Shown here: one piece after another, positions 1 to 13,438 of the stretch | Position numbering within the stretch: the stretch's first letter is position 1 | Layout: each line of letters starts with the position of its first letter | Assembly: GCA_030704615.1 (NCBI GenBank) | Contig: CM060731.1 | Span: 27,404,001-27,468,000 of the forward strand | Reading direction: 5' to 3' | Source of the DNA: Takakia lepidozioides | Taxonomy: Eukaryota; Plantae; Bryophyta | Length of the DNA stretch: 64,000 nucleotides | Made by a program: the position numbers and the translations under genes | Notes under the pieces: generated by a model | What the model was told of the DNA's origin: nothing | The model's database searches: none | Seen by the model: the letters and a program-made list of their open reading frames with translations, nothing else

Positions 1-2165
1 CAAGGGGGTGAAAAAAATGCTTGGTGAGGCCTCCATCCGGGCCCAAATGCTCCTGAGCCCATGTTCTGACCCAATGACGATCTCTGACCCTACCAGGAAA
101 GAGGAGCAAGATTCCTCTTTTAGACAGCAGCAGAGAGTGTTTTTTTTAAGACTTCCATATCCAGAGATAAAGACAGGTTGGTCTTCTTTCATAACCGCCG
201 CCTCCTCACTCCACAGCTCCACTTGTCTGCCTAGAGGGGAGAGCGGGGCTGAGCCCAGAAGACCTGCACCATTTTGTCTATAAAACCCTCCACTTTTTTG
301 TCTCTTGCGCTGCTGTCTATTATTCCTAAACCCAGAGTTTTTGGGAGGACCTCAAAAAATGACACTTGCATTCGGAGCCATAGTGACGACGGAAAAGTAC
401 ACAGAAAACACGAAGCCTAGAAAAAATTACGGATAGATAATCGACCACGCACATTAGAAGAGGCAAGTGAGCCACAAACGTCCGAAAGAGAGACGAGCAA
501 AGAGAGTGGAAGGAAGGAGAGGAGGAATGAGGAAGATATAGGTGGAGTGGTAGGAGATAGAGGGGCGGGAAGCTGGCTCTTATCTGTATGTAACCATACC
601 CTTGAAGCAGAACAACACCAAGATTCGGAAAAGTAGTTGTCCGCATGCATTCACTTCAAGACTTGCAGCAGACTTGCAGTGAGGAGAGCGATTTCTTTCC
701 TGTCTGAATCTCGAGAACGATGCAGTACTTGAAGAATAAGGGACAAGGGACATAACACCCTCAAATGCAACACCCGAGGAGCAGTTACATCAACCTTGAA
801 GAGATGAAGGGGGATGAACACATCCAGGAAGAAGAGGAGAAGAGATGAATCAGAAGGAGGACGTTCGTTTAAAGTAGTTTTAAACGCATAGAGATGTTAG
901 CAGCAATAGACGTAATCCATCGCTCACCGCTCGAGCCAAATCGTAGAACATAGAGGGATAGATGAGGGGATCAGGGATGCATCCGTTGAGCGGTGAGCGA
1001 CGACTTGCCAGCGGCCAAGTCCTTTCTTCACTCACCGCACTTCACGGAGCTTTCGCGACGCCCTACATCCCCAACACACCCTACGCCCTACATTCCTTTT
1101 AGTTCCCACTCCGGTCTATTTAGCACGTATTCACTTCGGATCCTTTATAAATTCGCTGTCGACTCATATGGTGCCGTAATGGAATATAACGAACTCCATT
1201 CTGGATGTAATTTTTGGCAGCAAAATCATACACATCTACCGTACCTGCCTTACGCTGTCCGACATTAATTAAATAAAAAAAAGGCTATCGAAAAACAATA
1301 ACTTTTGTCCTTCCTGTGCCGGATTTCCAAGATATTCAAACCCTGGACCAGCTCCTACAAACCCAAGCCCACTACCACTATGCTACCCATCCACATGTGC
1401 ATAATGACTACTTTTTATTGTATATATATTGAAACTGCCGGAAATAGAGAAATTTTGAAAAAGACTGCCAGACCTCTTTTTCAAGAAAAAATAACTATTC
1501 CGGCATACGCTTGACGAACTACATAGGCAAGTACGATATTGTCATAACTCGTTGCAATGGAATATAATAACCTTCATTTTTGTGCCCAAGCCTTTTCACC
1601 AAGCACACCAAGAACTTACTACCAATGAAATGATAACTAATTAGATACGGAGCCAGTCCCTACCACAACCTGCTCCAACCAACCTCTAGCCACTACGCAG
1701 ATAGCGAACGCTTTTGCTTTCATTGCCTCCATGGTAGCGGTCCCTGCGCCTAACTAATTAGATAGGTGACCCAAAAAACATGAAGGTTGGCGGATAGGAA
1801 AAGCCAAAGCTGGGTAGTTCTGCGGAGACCCATAGCTTGAGAAATGAGGGAGCCAAATGAGGCCTCATTGTCAATGATGAATCCAGACATGTGAGAGAAG
1901 CTTTCCTCTTCCCAGTGACCCTACCATTTCTTTGCAGGGACAACCAGAGTTTTTCGACCACGCAAACTGTGATGAATGCAAGACAAATGAAATAATCGCC
2001 AGAGATTCAAATATGTGAATGGTCGGTGTCCACTTTCTCAGCTTCCCTCTGGTATGTTTTCCTCATTATCAATACCCTGGGGCCTTTTGCTTTATTAAAA
2101 AGAAAGTGGTTACAGGGGAATGAATTTCGTCAGTTGGTTGGCTGTCCCGATGTTATGTATGACTC

Positions 2166-5100
2166 CTATCGCGGAAGTCCTAGAGCAATGGAACTGAAAG
2201 ACTGTCGCCTCCGCACTGGCTCTAGGGGCTCCCGGCCATCGCTGCCGTCTAGCAGTGGAGTAGGCAACTGTGCTGGCGTCCCTTCATACTCTGATGGAAA
2301 CAACCCAGGGGCCACATTCTGTAAACTGGGCACCCTGGGACGCAGCCTTGGAAGGGACATTCCCCTCAAGGGAGTAGCACTTCCAGTTGCCACTTCCCGG
2401 AGGACAGCTGCCACTGTTGCAGCGGCGGCGACATCAGCGACAGCACCAGCAAGGCGCTGGCTTTCATGGTTTCCGCATCTTAGACTTGGTTCAGTGCCTC
2501 GTAGAGATGGAGCTGCAGGGGTGAAATGTGGGAACCCTCGTGTGAGACTTGTCACAGGAGTCCGCTGAATGGACGCTGGAGCTCTCATTACACCTGGATT
2601 ACGATAGCCGGGTGTGCTGTCCAGCCACGTTACACGGGGGGAGGCAGCTGGTGCAAGATCTGTAGAAGTAAGCCCTGCCTTTCTCTTTATTGGCCTGTTT
2701 GGGACCCCTTCAGACATCAACGTTGAATTTCTCAAACCACTGAAAATTTCAGCCACGAGAGGTTTGCAATTCTCCTTCTCTTTGGGAGGTGCCCATACCG
2801 TGGTCCTATTCAATGCCCCATTTCCACAGGTTCCCTGCACATTATGACCTAGCTGTCAGTAATGAAAGTTCCAACTTGCTATGACCCACACAACCACAAC
2901 TTGTCAATTTACACAGGTGTCTACTCATCTGGAAAGATGAATCACTTGATACTGCCACAGAAAATGTGTCTAGGGTCATTGTCCATCAACAAATTGTTTT
3001 GACCATCCATCATGGACCCAGAAACCAGGGAATCAACAGCTTTGCACTGACATGCATACATCCCATGGAGTTGTGCAACCTTCCCACTAACACTTCGACC
3101 AGAATTTGAGAACATACCACACAGTCTTCAAAACTCCTCTCCAAGCTGACACCTTGGGGAGCATGAGGGCCTGATGGAGGAGCTTCTGATGGTGGTACTA
3201 CCTCCAGATTAACCCTGTGGCCACTTGCAGACCCTGCCCTAGCTTGGGCCCTAGACTGTGAATGATGGGCTGGTGCGACTGACCCTGGGGTCATTGCACC
3301 AGCTGCCACCTTGGCACGGGCCTTGCTGGCCTCATGTTTCTGGATATCATACAGAAGCTCCTTGTGGAGCTGTTTATCAGCCATGAGAATCTCGTCCATT
3401 TCATTTTTATACTCCTTGAGCATGACACGCATGCTTTCCATTAGCAGGCCCAGCAGTGGACTATTCTTGCTCTCCAGTAGCCTGCACATTCAGGAACCCA
3501 AAAAGCGATTGTCTGACACTCACGCATATGGGGATGCTTGTTAGATGGAAGTGACTAGAACACATGCTGGACACAATTGCATGTGACTTGCCACATGAAG
3601 TAGAAGACTGAACTCTCATCCATACTAACACATTACATGAAGGCAGGAGGATATGGAAAACTGGTTTCAAACTGCATACCGCTTCAGTTCAATGAATATG
3701 GGAATGGCATTCTGTACCAAATTCCTTTTCATCAGCCGTGTGACCATGCGCCCTTTGGCAGCAGCCACTGCCGCCGCTGCTCCTCCCCCTTCATCCTCCT
3801 CCAACTCAGCTCCTGCTGTCGATGCCCGGTTGCCTGTGACTCGCACCTCTTTAGAGGCTAGTATCCGCAGTGCATCCTGCATAGCTATGAAGATTTAAAA
3901 AGGTTTGGTACAAGTTCACTTCGAAAATTTCTAAGTCAGCTGATCAGTTGGTACATTTCTCTGTCTATCCATCCTCTCTTGTTGATCAATACATCCATGG
4001 TCCCTTTCTTTTGTGTGGTATGCCCCAAAGTGATCATATATTATGAGGCTGTCCCACACTCATTAGGAATCTGTTAGGTCAGTCAGATAACCTGCTTGCA
4101 TGCAGATAGCTCTCTTTTTAAAGAGCTCTCTAGTAGTGCTACAAATCTGTTAGTTAGGGCACTCACCTGCTCGCCTGTCTACCCACTAGTGAGCAACTAG
4201 TGGGTAGTAACTCAAAAAGGCACCACAGATATGAATGTTACAAATGTCTGCCACACTAATCCACAATATGGCTTCATGGGCAGGAGGTGTTCTCTATCAT
4301 TTGGCATCTGTTTTTCATTTAGCAGCCAAACTTTTAATTATGCTGGGAGCAAGAAGGGGATGACCTGAAGCACACCCTGCGCATTGATATCATTAAGGTC
4401 AAGGAGGCCATCAGCAGCACCTGCGAGAATCTCAGCGCACAGCTTGGCAGACGTGGCTAGCAAGTGCTCAGGGGCCATTTGCTGCAGCAGTGCTGTGTAG
4501 ATCTGCATGCGCTTGCTTGCCATTCCTTCCTGGTTCCCTCTGTGCTCCTTATCAAACCTCTCAACATTAGCATCGTACCAAGCTATAGGAAATAGGTTGC
4601 TGAACTCAAGCTTGGTTCAAAAGTAGTATGGAAGTGTAGATATTATTAAGAGATGGAATATTTAGTGCTGAATCAGCCTGCATGCACTGCAGTTGAAGTT
4701 GACTGGCAAACACATGTGCATTGACTGAACCAAGACTCTGCTTCAGATTGTACATTACATAGGTACATACATAGCATATCCGTCTGTGTTCAATGTGAGG
4801 AACTCTTGTAACTGTATCACTCAGAAAAATGGGACAGTCAGTGACCTGAGAGAGAAAAGCTTCCTCTCACTCTCTGAGGTTGACAGGGCTGTGCAGAAGC
4901 CTGAGTGTGATCGGCAGTCATTCAACACAAAGATAGCCTCCACAAAGCTGTTGTAGGCCAGCAATGGGGACTTAGCTGCCATTGACAAACAGAAATCAGA
5001 AATGATTTAGGTACGAGGGATCTCACCAATGATGTGGTACTTACCTTTCTGCAAAGAATCAGACGACTGAGTGACAGGTGCTTGTTTTGTAGACAAGCCC

Positions 5101-8100
5101 GGTAGCCAATGCAGGGAAGATTGCACATCTACTGGCCAAGGGTTTAAAGGAGTATGAAATGTCTTCAACAGAACAAAAAATCAACAGGTTTGGCCTAGGT
5201 CTCACTCTTGAGTATACTCTTGAAGAGGAAGTTAGCTAGCTCGCATATCTTGGGAGAATCATCAACCAGCGCCAGCAGGAACCGATGGAAGAGAACTCCT
5301 CTCCACTTCACATAGTCTTTCTGTATCCACATGCCAAGAAATCCATCTAGCACACATATGGCCCAATGCCTACTTGACTTTCAAGCATCTGCTCTCTTTT
5401 CTGCCCCATACACTATTGCTTCCTCTGGACATTATAAAGTTTCTTTCTTCTTTCTTACTCTGTCCAATCTGTTCACCAACTTTCAAAATCTTGAGGCTGA
5501 TTCTAAAGCCCTGGTCCTGTTGGGGTCTAACTGCTGGGCAGACCACACACAGCAGATTGATGCTTGTGTGAAGGGCTTTCTAGAGAGGGAGAAGAAATAG
5601 TCAAATCCACTAGCTTTGAGAGGGAGAAGAAACTGTCAAATCCACAAGACACGAGGGATGGCACACCTGCAGCAGTCTGGCAAGGAGAATGAAGGCCTGG
5701 CGCCTCACAAGTTCACATGTATCCCGCAACACCTTTGTTAGGTTGTGGATATACCTGGGTTACCCACCAATCACCATAGCTCAGTAATCCTGCAAGGAAC
5801 TCAAACACTTGATAATGAAAGAAAGAAGCGAAAGAGGAAATATTTATGTTTGCTGGAGGCCTTCAGGATGCAAAGAGTTCCCAATAAGATCAATAACACC
5901 AACTATAGGTCTTGTGGACTCTTCAAGAGACCAGCTTGCTATCTACCATATGAGGAGCATACCCGTCAACAAGGGTAGGATAGCGCACAAAGAAATCAGT
6001 CATGGCCTGCATTATGTTGTTGCGCACTGCTGCTAGTTCCGACCTTTCGAGCTCCTGATACAAGCCACAATGCATCATCAGAGTTGTACCATATACTGAA
6101 GTGTAAAGTGCAAATGAAATGAAATGGAACTTAATAACATCTGCAGAAAGCTCAAAGAGCTTATGGGACAAAAGGAAGCAAGAAAAATGAAAGAATTGAA
6201 GTCAAACAGAAGCAGCCCAAAAGCAACCAAAGAAAGAGCAGAGTGTGCATACAGATCATATGATAGCTTTTACTCTGCAAAGATCCCACACCGTCTTGAA
6301 GTTCCAAGAAAGAAAGGAACTTTGTGACGTCCAGAAAGCCATGTGAATACCCAGACAGAAGTAAAGCTATAGACACTATACAAAAGGAAAAGAGATGAGA
6401 GATAGATGATGCCTGAATGAAGAATGGCATGCAGCGCTTGGCAAGGGTTTCATCTGCAAGGCACAGCTTACTGAGGGCAACCCAGGCTTGGATACACACA
6501 TCTGGTAGCATCTTGCCAAGCATCAATCGACCACCTTCAGTTTCACTATTGCAGTTCCCTTTTCCAGGCAAAAATTTCTTGGGAGCAACCAGGGCTTGCA
6601 AGAGGGTGACAAGAGAGCCCGGCTTTGCTGTGGGGCAAACCACTGCCAGAGCACCAACAGTGAATATCACCGTGATAATCTGGTCAGAAAAACATGCTGA
6701 CCCTGACCTTGAACCTGCCTCATTCTTTTCTGAATCTGGCAGCCTTGCAGAAGTTTCCATTTTTCTCTGGCTTCGAGTGGAGGACCCCTTGTGACATGTT
6801 GGCAACTGGTTTTCTTTCCCAGCTCGGATTTTCGGACCAGTAGTCACATAGGGTGTCTGAAAATCTGTTGTCTTTGGCATGGGTTGCACATGATGGAAGC
6901 CAATTGTGGCAACGTAGGCATGCAAGAGGGTGCCAGCTTTATCTAGCAATTGGCTAACCCATATGGTAACCAACTGCTCTCCTTCTGCCTTGGATAGTGC
7001 TTTCTGCTTGCTCAATGTTGTTAATGCTTCAACATGGGCCCATACCTGTGAATCTGACAAAATGAATGGTGGAAAGAGACACAGATGCTTCACTACTAAA
7101 CAAATTATCATACCACCTCTACTTCCCCCTCTCCCAGATCCATGAAATGGTATTTTTAATTCTCTTTACTACTGTGTTGCATTTAAGAATTCAACTCATG
7201 CTGTAATCCAGATTCATGAATTGTTTTGAGGATGTACAGTTGAATACCTCAGCGGTGTGCATACTAAAGGAATTCAAGCGGTTTAGAAGTTCTTCAGCAA
7301 GGTCAGCAGCTGCATCACAGGGAAGCTCCATAGCCATGTTTGCAATTGTACGAAGAAGATGGACACGATCTGCAGCCCATGCAGCTGACTCACCCCTAGG
7401 GGCACCAATACATGGTGCTTCCTGTGTTGGGTGGTCTCGGTTGGTGTGATCTGTGTTGACTTGCCTTCCATGTCCTGAAAAGTAATCTGGATGTCATTGT
7501 TGAGAGTGCCAAGATTGGAAGGGAACTTGTTTCTATTGTATTAATCTACACATACACCACTGTGGACAGGAAGTGGCCCTACTCTATGATTGTGCCTTAA
7601 TGCTTTTCCATAACACCAGGCTTGCGTCGAATGCTTGCTACAACAGTGGACACTCCTGGATTTGATGTATCTTTATGTTGGCTGTCTAAAGCATGAATCA
7701 GATGTGTAGGCAACTCCTGTTGGTCTGCTGATCAGCTAGAATTGAAGTAGCTCAGATTCATATGTCACATAACTTGATAGATTTGGACATTGTTCACTAC
7801 ACAAGCATTAACAAATCAACCCAACTTCCAAAATCCAATTTCAAATATAATCAAAGGTTTAGGGGAGACAGGGAAGTGATCTAATCTGATTGAGCACGTA
7901 AGGTTTGCTTTGCATTGCCATTCCCAACAACCCCATCTATCTGGCTATTTGTTGCTTACCTTCATTCCCTAGAATTTGCCAGTGCTTCCGCAAAAATTCC
8001 CAGCCTACAGCCTTTGGAACGAATGCGGACACTTCAGAGAGCAGGAACCAAGCCCCATGTGGAGCTTCAGGAAAAGAGGTAAGAAGTCCCTCTTCTGAAG

Positions 8101-11100
8101 GACCCTGCTCCACGGTTGAGATCAAGTCTTGCAGCGCAAGAGCAATTTCAGGCCTAAGCCGGCCTTTCCTCCCCAGGCTTCCACAAGCACGCTTCACTGC
8201 AGATGCAATAGTTCCCTCATCTGCCATCCCCTTCAACATTGCCAAGACCCCAATAGAGACCCCTCTGGTCAGTTCCTCTCCTCCAGCATTTTGAGGGTTC
8301 TTAGGGGATGTCTTCCCGATGGCAGTTTGCCCAGACTTTGCTTTGCTGCCTGGGAGCTGGAGAGGGGGGAGCATTGCAACTCGCTTCACGACTAGTTCTT
8401 CAAACAAATCTAGGCACTCCTCTTGAAGCCCAACCTCATTGTCCAGAGCAAGGGGCAAAGCTGACTTTAGCCACTCAGATGCTGCTCCTGTATCCCCTGG
8501 AAACTTCCTGACAACCTGTTAACAGCCACAGTGCAAAGCATTTCAAATTTAGCAGGTAGAGGGCAGGAATAGGGGACAAAAGTTTCCAAGCGCTCTCTCT
8601 CTCTCTCTCTCTTTTGTTCCCGCTCAAACTGGCCGCAGGGTCAATGGCCACAAGGCTACGGCAAACAACATCTTATGAGTACAATCTCTCTCTCTCTTGC
8701 AGACATTACAAAGTATCTTTCTTTTTTGTGTTCTTCTGTCCCATAAGCTCTTTGAACTTTCCGAGGACATTATGAAGTTCCATTTCATTTCTTGTATCCT
8801 GCTTTCTTTTGTTTGTTTCTTAAGCTAAGACACCAACATATTGGCATCCAAGAATCTATCTTCTGCATCTACAACTAAACACTAAAGAGCAGAAACCCAC
8901 CTCTGAAAGCGCTGCAAGTGCTGCTTTGCGGATGCTGACCATGGCATCCCCACATGCTGCGCCCATTGCTGCCACAATGCTGTCATCAGGGGTTCCCAAC
9001 AGTGAGGTTGACTTTTTCATCAAAATTAAGGCAGCCTTTCGTACCATAGCCTTCTCATCGAGGCAACGTTGCTGCATCAAGGACTGCATATCTCTGCAAC
9101 CATACCAACACATATTAGAGGCATACCTCATGTCTGACTTAAAAGGCCTAGGTCCGTCAATGCATGTAGGAAGTCATGTGGCACAAACATCACCTGTGAC
9201 TCGTTGAACGCTCCAAAGTTAGCATTTCCTGATGGGAAGTCAGTGCAGATGGAGATACAGCCCCAAATCCCAGCAGCCTCTGCAACTGGGCATGGTGTTG
9301 CCTATCTTCAGCAAGAACCTCAAGCACCTGGGCTAGATTGGACAAGGAGCGAGCTCTCACAACAGGAGCTTTATCAGAGCAGCGGTCATATATAATCTCC
9401 ACACACATGCCTTCCCACCCTTCATTTACACTCCCATTAACTTCCCACTGCTTGCTTTTTCCGCCTGTGGTCCCTCCATTAGTGCCTTGCCTGGAGTTAT
9501 CAACTTGGGGCCCACCTATTGGTTCCCTGTCCACTCCATGTTCAGCTTCTCCTTGCAAGCTAACTACGGAGCCCCCCCTCCGATCTGAGTCTTGGTCCTG
9601 ATTAAGTCTCTCTGAAGGCCTTGGCTCTTTGAAGGGATCAGGCAGCCCCACGAGAAGAGCAAGAGCTAAATCAACAGAAAAAAGGCGTCGTGATGCTTTT
9701 GACCGAGAGAAATTTGCTAGAAATTGGGTGAAATAGAACCATTCCCTGGATGTCAGAGCTCGCAAGAGTTCCATAACAGAATCAACCGCATGCTGCCGGG
9801 CTTCAGCTTTCTCAGGTGCCTTGAAACACAGATAGCGAGACAGTGCGATCACAGCCTCACGGCTCGTAGTTGAACCTGACCCTAGCAATTGCTGGGTAGA
9901 AAAGTGGAGAGCAGCAGCCTTCATCTGTATTCTTTGATGGAGGCTCCCCTCCCCATGGGAGAGGAGAATGCTAGGGGCAAGAGCTTTGAGTATTAATACT
10001 GTTGTGGCCAAGGGATCACCATGCACTGGTGCCAATAGGGCCTGCAGCATACCAAACGAGAGAGATAAGGATGCAGAATTCGAACATGGTGCCTTCCGGG
10101 GGAGCCCTCTCAGCCTGGATTCTTCCTCCCCTCTGTCTGGAAACAAGAGGGGTACCTCCACCAGAAGCCCCACCAGGGCCTTCAAACTGTCTTGGTGATC
10201 CTTCAAGTGGAGAATTCCGAGAATGGCCTGTAAACTTGTCAGGATAGGAAGGATTTCCTGCACATTTGTTGCTGCAATGCCAAAATGCTTGTCAGGACCT
10301 TCTGAACAATACCCTACAGAAAAAGTAACATCTGAAATATGTGGTTTACTTTCTGATGTCACAACATATGACATGATCAAGTACAGGCCAGGTCAGTTTG
10401 AACTCAATTCTTTGATGTGCATGACATACTTCAACCACTGGGTTTTCAGGAGTCTCAGATTATTGAGTGGTTTACAAGGGCTCATCAGCCTGTAGGCCCT
10501 ATAGTGGACCCCACTCTCATCTGAGGGGCAAGCACCAATGAGGGAGATACACTTATGGACTTCTAATCTAGAAACAGCTGTCAATGGACAGATGTTTGGG
10601 CAGATAGAAGATTTACCCACTCAAGAGTGCAGAACATGCCTGACAACAGAAATGCGTTTGGAATTCACAAAAACATTGACATACTCCCAACCTGCCCTCC
10701 CTTTTCTCTTTTGACTTTGTCCAAATTGCACACAGGGTCAGCCCAAATAGGCTAAGCCAGCTCAATCCCACAAGTCCAAACATCTCTCTGCAACAAGCCT
10801 TTTCTAGCACATATCTTAGAGGCAAGGACTTGAAATAGTGGTCCACCCACCTTCATCCTCTTGACGATCATCGTCTGGAGTGTCTCTTGCTCTCCCCTGT
10901 CCTTTAACTCTCTTTCCTTTCTTTGAACCCTTTCTGGGATTTTCTGACAAAACAACAGGCCTGTCACCCACTCCTCCCTGATCACGCTGGCTGGGTTGTT
11001 TACACGAAGTTCGGATGCAGCGAATCAAAGAGTGGAAAGTGACAGGGCAAAATAGACTGTACAGAGGGCACTCGGGCGCTGAGAGCATGCCCACATACAC

Positions 11101-11490
11101 TCCAGCAGACTTGATCCCCAAGATACCTCTCATCTCCAGCCCCTTCCTAAGCCCCGCCACAACTGATTGCAAGGACACCCTGTTTTCCGCGAGTTCTTCC
11201 CAAAGACTCCCATCAGTAATACCTCCCTCCCCACTGCTTGAAGGGCCAGCTTCACTCGTAAGCCGTCTAGCGTAAGTGAAATCTGTAAAGGACGAGTCTC
11301 GAGTTGATGAAGCCAAATCTGGAGAGAGAACACCCTGGCAGGATGCAGAAGCCTGAGAACTATTGAAGATGCTATAAAGCTCCAATACCACATGTTCGGG
11401 CAGAGCATTACTGGAGTTCGTCCTTGCCTCCCCCTCCTCTGCAACGACTTGCAGCAAATTACACACACGTTTTTTGAACGATTCTTCCAT
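2166..11490 (-). CDS. CAP-D3: Condensin-2 complex subunit D3 (CAP-D3/NCAPD3), 14 exons: 11490-10851, 10313-9194, 9093-8901, 8515-7960, 7474-7248, 7045-6413, 6054-5963, 5754-5667, 5320-5206, 4975-4846, 4539-4365, 3876-3680, 3481-3153, 2848-2166
   Basis: Spliced translation gives plant CAP-D3 HEAT/Cnd1 motifs: RCSDKAPVVRARSLSNL, RCLDEKAMVRKAAL, AWAADRVHLL, WVALSKLCLADETLAKR..FFIQ|ELERS..VRNN, LRDTCELVRRQAFILL, KDYVKWRGVLF, QMAPEHLLATSAKLCAEIL, LVQNAIPIFIELKRLLESKNSPL, LKEYKNEMDEILMADKQL. Splice sites were read by eye and keep the frame; one intron has a GC donor. Confidence 0.95.
5345..5585 (+). mobile_element. Decayed 3' fragment of a non-LTR retrotransposon in a CAP-D3 intron
   Basis: Translation [39 protein letters not shown] is close to [39 protein letters not shown] of the LINE copy at 58710-58991. 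Confidence 0.8.
8593..8697 (+). mobile_element. Short 3' tail of the same LINE family, flanked by (CT)n tracts
   Basis: ttttgttcccgctcaaactgg..gggtcaatggccacaaggctacggcaaacaa..cttatgagtacaat matches the reverse complement of about 58704-58777; (CT)n lies on both sides. Confidence 0.85.
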
Positions 11491-13264
11491 TTGAGTCCTC
11501 ACCCCAGGTATCACAGCACATGGCCTTCTCTCCCTCTCTCTGTGTGTGTCTCTCTCTCGACTTCTCTTATGCTACCGATGTCTGTCCATTGTATGGGCAG
11601 TAAGCATGAAGGACAGCGCCCACGAGCGGGAACATTCGAAACCCTGTCGGGATGAATGTGGATGGCATCGTCGATCATTTGTCATCCAAATTGGTCTCTT
11701 CATACTTGAGGGGATGAAGTGGTGGATGAATGTACTTCCACCTCTTGAAGCGACAGGCTTATGAGAAGTTGCCTTCTTGGACAGAGCAACGGACTGCAAA
11801 CTTCAAGGAATGGTTTTTACTTCTAGCAAAAGCTACCAATCCTGGATCAGTACATTGCAATTCCCACATCTTATTAATGGACGAGCCCGTTTTTGGTGGG
11901 CCCATGCCACAACGGAACATGCCCTCATGTTTGAGGGCATATCTGACATTTGGGAAACATCCAGGGGGATGAAGCGTATGAAAGTAATCCTACCTATTTC
12001 AGGAACCTACCGTAAAAATTTCAAGTGATTTCACCGTGTCATTAGGAAGATTATAACAAAAATGTAAGCTGTAAATATTTATTGTGCTCTAGTTTTGGAG
12101 TGAAAAAATGGTTTGACCAAGCAATTGGCCTGGCAAAATGATTTTTCATTGATACAACATACCCAGATGCTAATTGCCTGGCATATAGAGCACCTTGGGC
12201 CAAGATTCCAGAACCAAATTCCAAAACGACATGAGGGTTGCTTTGTATGGGAAAATCGGTGGGTCAAAAATGCTCTCCATTACAATTGACCCCAAATCTG
12301 CCTCAAATGTGTCCAAATTTTCATCACAACGTCAATTCCTCTAGTCATGTTATTCCTTGCGTGGAAACTCACCACCATAAAAAATTTGGAAGCATTCTAA
12401 CTAATCTACATGCATAGATTTCCATTTGGGCCTATTTCTACTTGAATCCAAATTCCGGGGAACTCATGCCTGGGCCGGTAGAGGATTCCGGCCCAAAAAA
12501 TCGGGCTACGTCATCGATTTATGGGGAATTGCCGGGCACCCGAAACGCAGCACCCGACGAACGCGAAGGCAGACCCTTTCTTTCATCGTGCGAAACTGCA
12601 AGTAACGAACTTCCAACCGTTTGAGCTCCCTTCCCATGTCACTGCAAAATACAAGGGAGGCATTTTCCGGACAAAGCTCTTGCAGCAGCTCCTCCACAGG
12701 TCGAGGTAAAAGAAAATTCGTGCGTGGGCACACAACTTCCTTCTGTAACCTACATCCGCTGTGGAGTCGTAGTGAGAGACGAGGGCTGAAGGAGATTGCC
12801 ACCAACACAAAACCAGCAGCTTGTTCCTCATTTCACAGCCATTCTCGAAGCTTCAGTACACAGCCTGAGGAAGAACAAAGTTCCCTGCGTTGTCACGGGT
12901 GATGGCAGCATCACCTACAAGCAACGCTGCTGAACTGGCAGATCTTTGGGGTGCAGCCCAGGCTCCGTTAGTGAGGTCAACATCTGGCAAAGAGACTGTC
13001 TTGCATTCTGAAAATGGAATCCAAAGCTTCCCTGGTTACAGCCCTGCCAGTAAGAGCTCACTCCAAGCAACAGACTAACTCTCTTCCGAATGTCTATCTT
13101 CCGATCCAACTGAGAGGCAATCTTATTCACATCTCCTATGATGATATTTCTCTAATCCAGAAGACAACATAGATTGATGCAAGGATGAAGCTACAACTTA
13201 CATGCAAACATCCTAATGAGCTGATGTGGAATGCTCTCTGAGATTCCAACTAAACATCCACTAC

Positions 13265-13438
13265 TTAAACCTTGAGAGCCGGCTTCACCAAGGGTGTCTG
13301 GCTCCTAGCCAAAAGCTTCTCTGCGATGTCATGTTCAGTAACAGGGAGATAGTAAATATGCGATTTTGTTCGAGTCTTCTTGAATAGATCATCCAATGTG
13401 GGACTTTGAGGCTTTTGTCTGTCCAATCCAACACAGCA
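13265..13438 (-). pseudogene. Exon encoding an ACINUS-type RNPS1-SAP18-binding (RSB) motif; ACINUS gene fragment or microprotein
   Basis: After a TTGCAG acceptor the minus strand reads CCVGLDRQKPQSPTLDDLFKKTRTKSHIYYLPVTEHDIAEKLLARSQTPLVKPALKV*, matching the RSB consensus TLDDLFxKTKxxPxIYYLPL. No SAP or RRM exons were recognised upstream. Confidence 0.7.

Noticed and set aside
1-1000. Short ORFs at the window start
   Set aside because: Low-complexity purine/pyrimidine tracts typical of a UTR or intron of a gene outside the window; no coding evidence.
2026-11275. Plus-strand ORFs overlapping CAP-D3
   Set aside because: Antisense shadows of the CAP-D3 exons.
11870-11905. Partial match to the 14.6-kb putative TIR (taatggacgag..cccgttt)
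   Set aside because: No TTAA-CCC end; more simply explained as CAP-D3 promoter sequence near a TGGGCC site II motif.
12440-13130. Several overlapping 60-100 aa ORFs on both strands
   Set aside because: No recognisable motif or consistent splice model.
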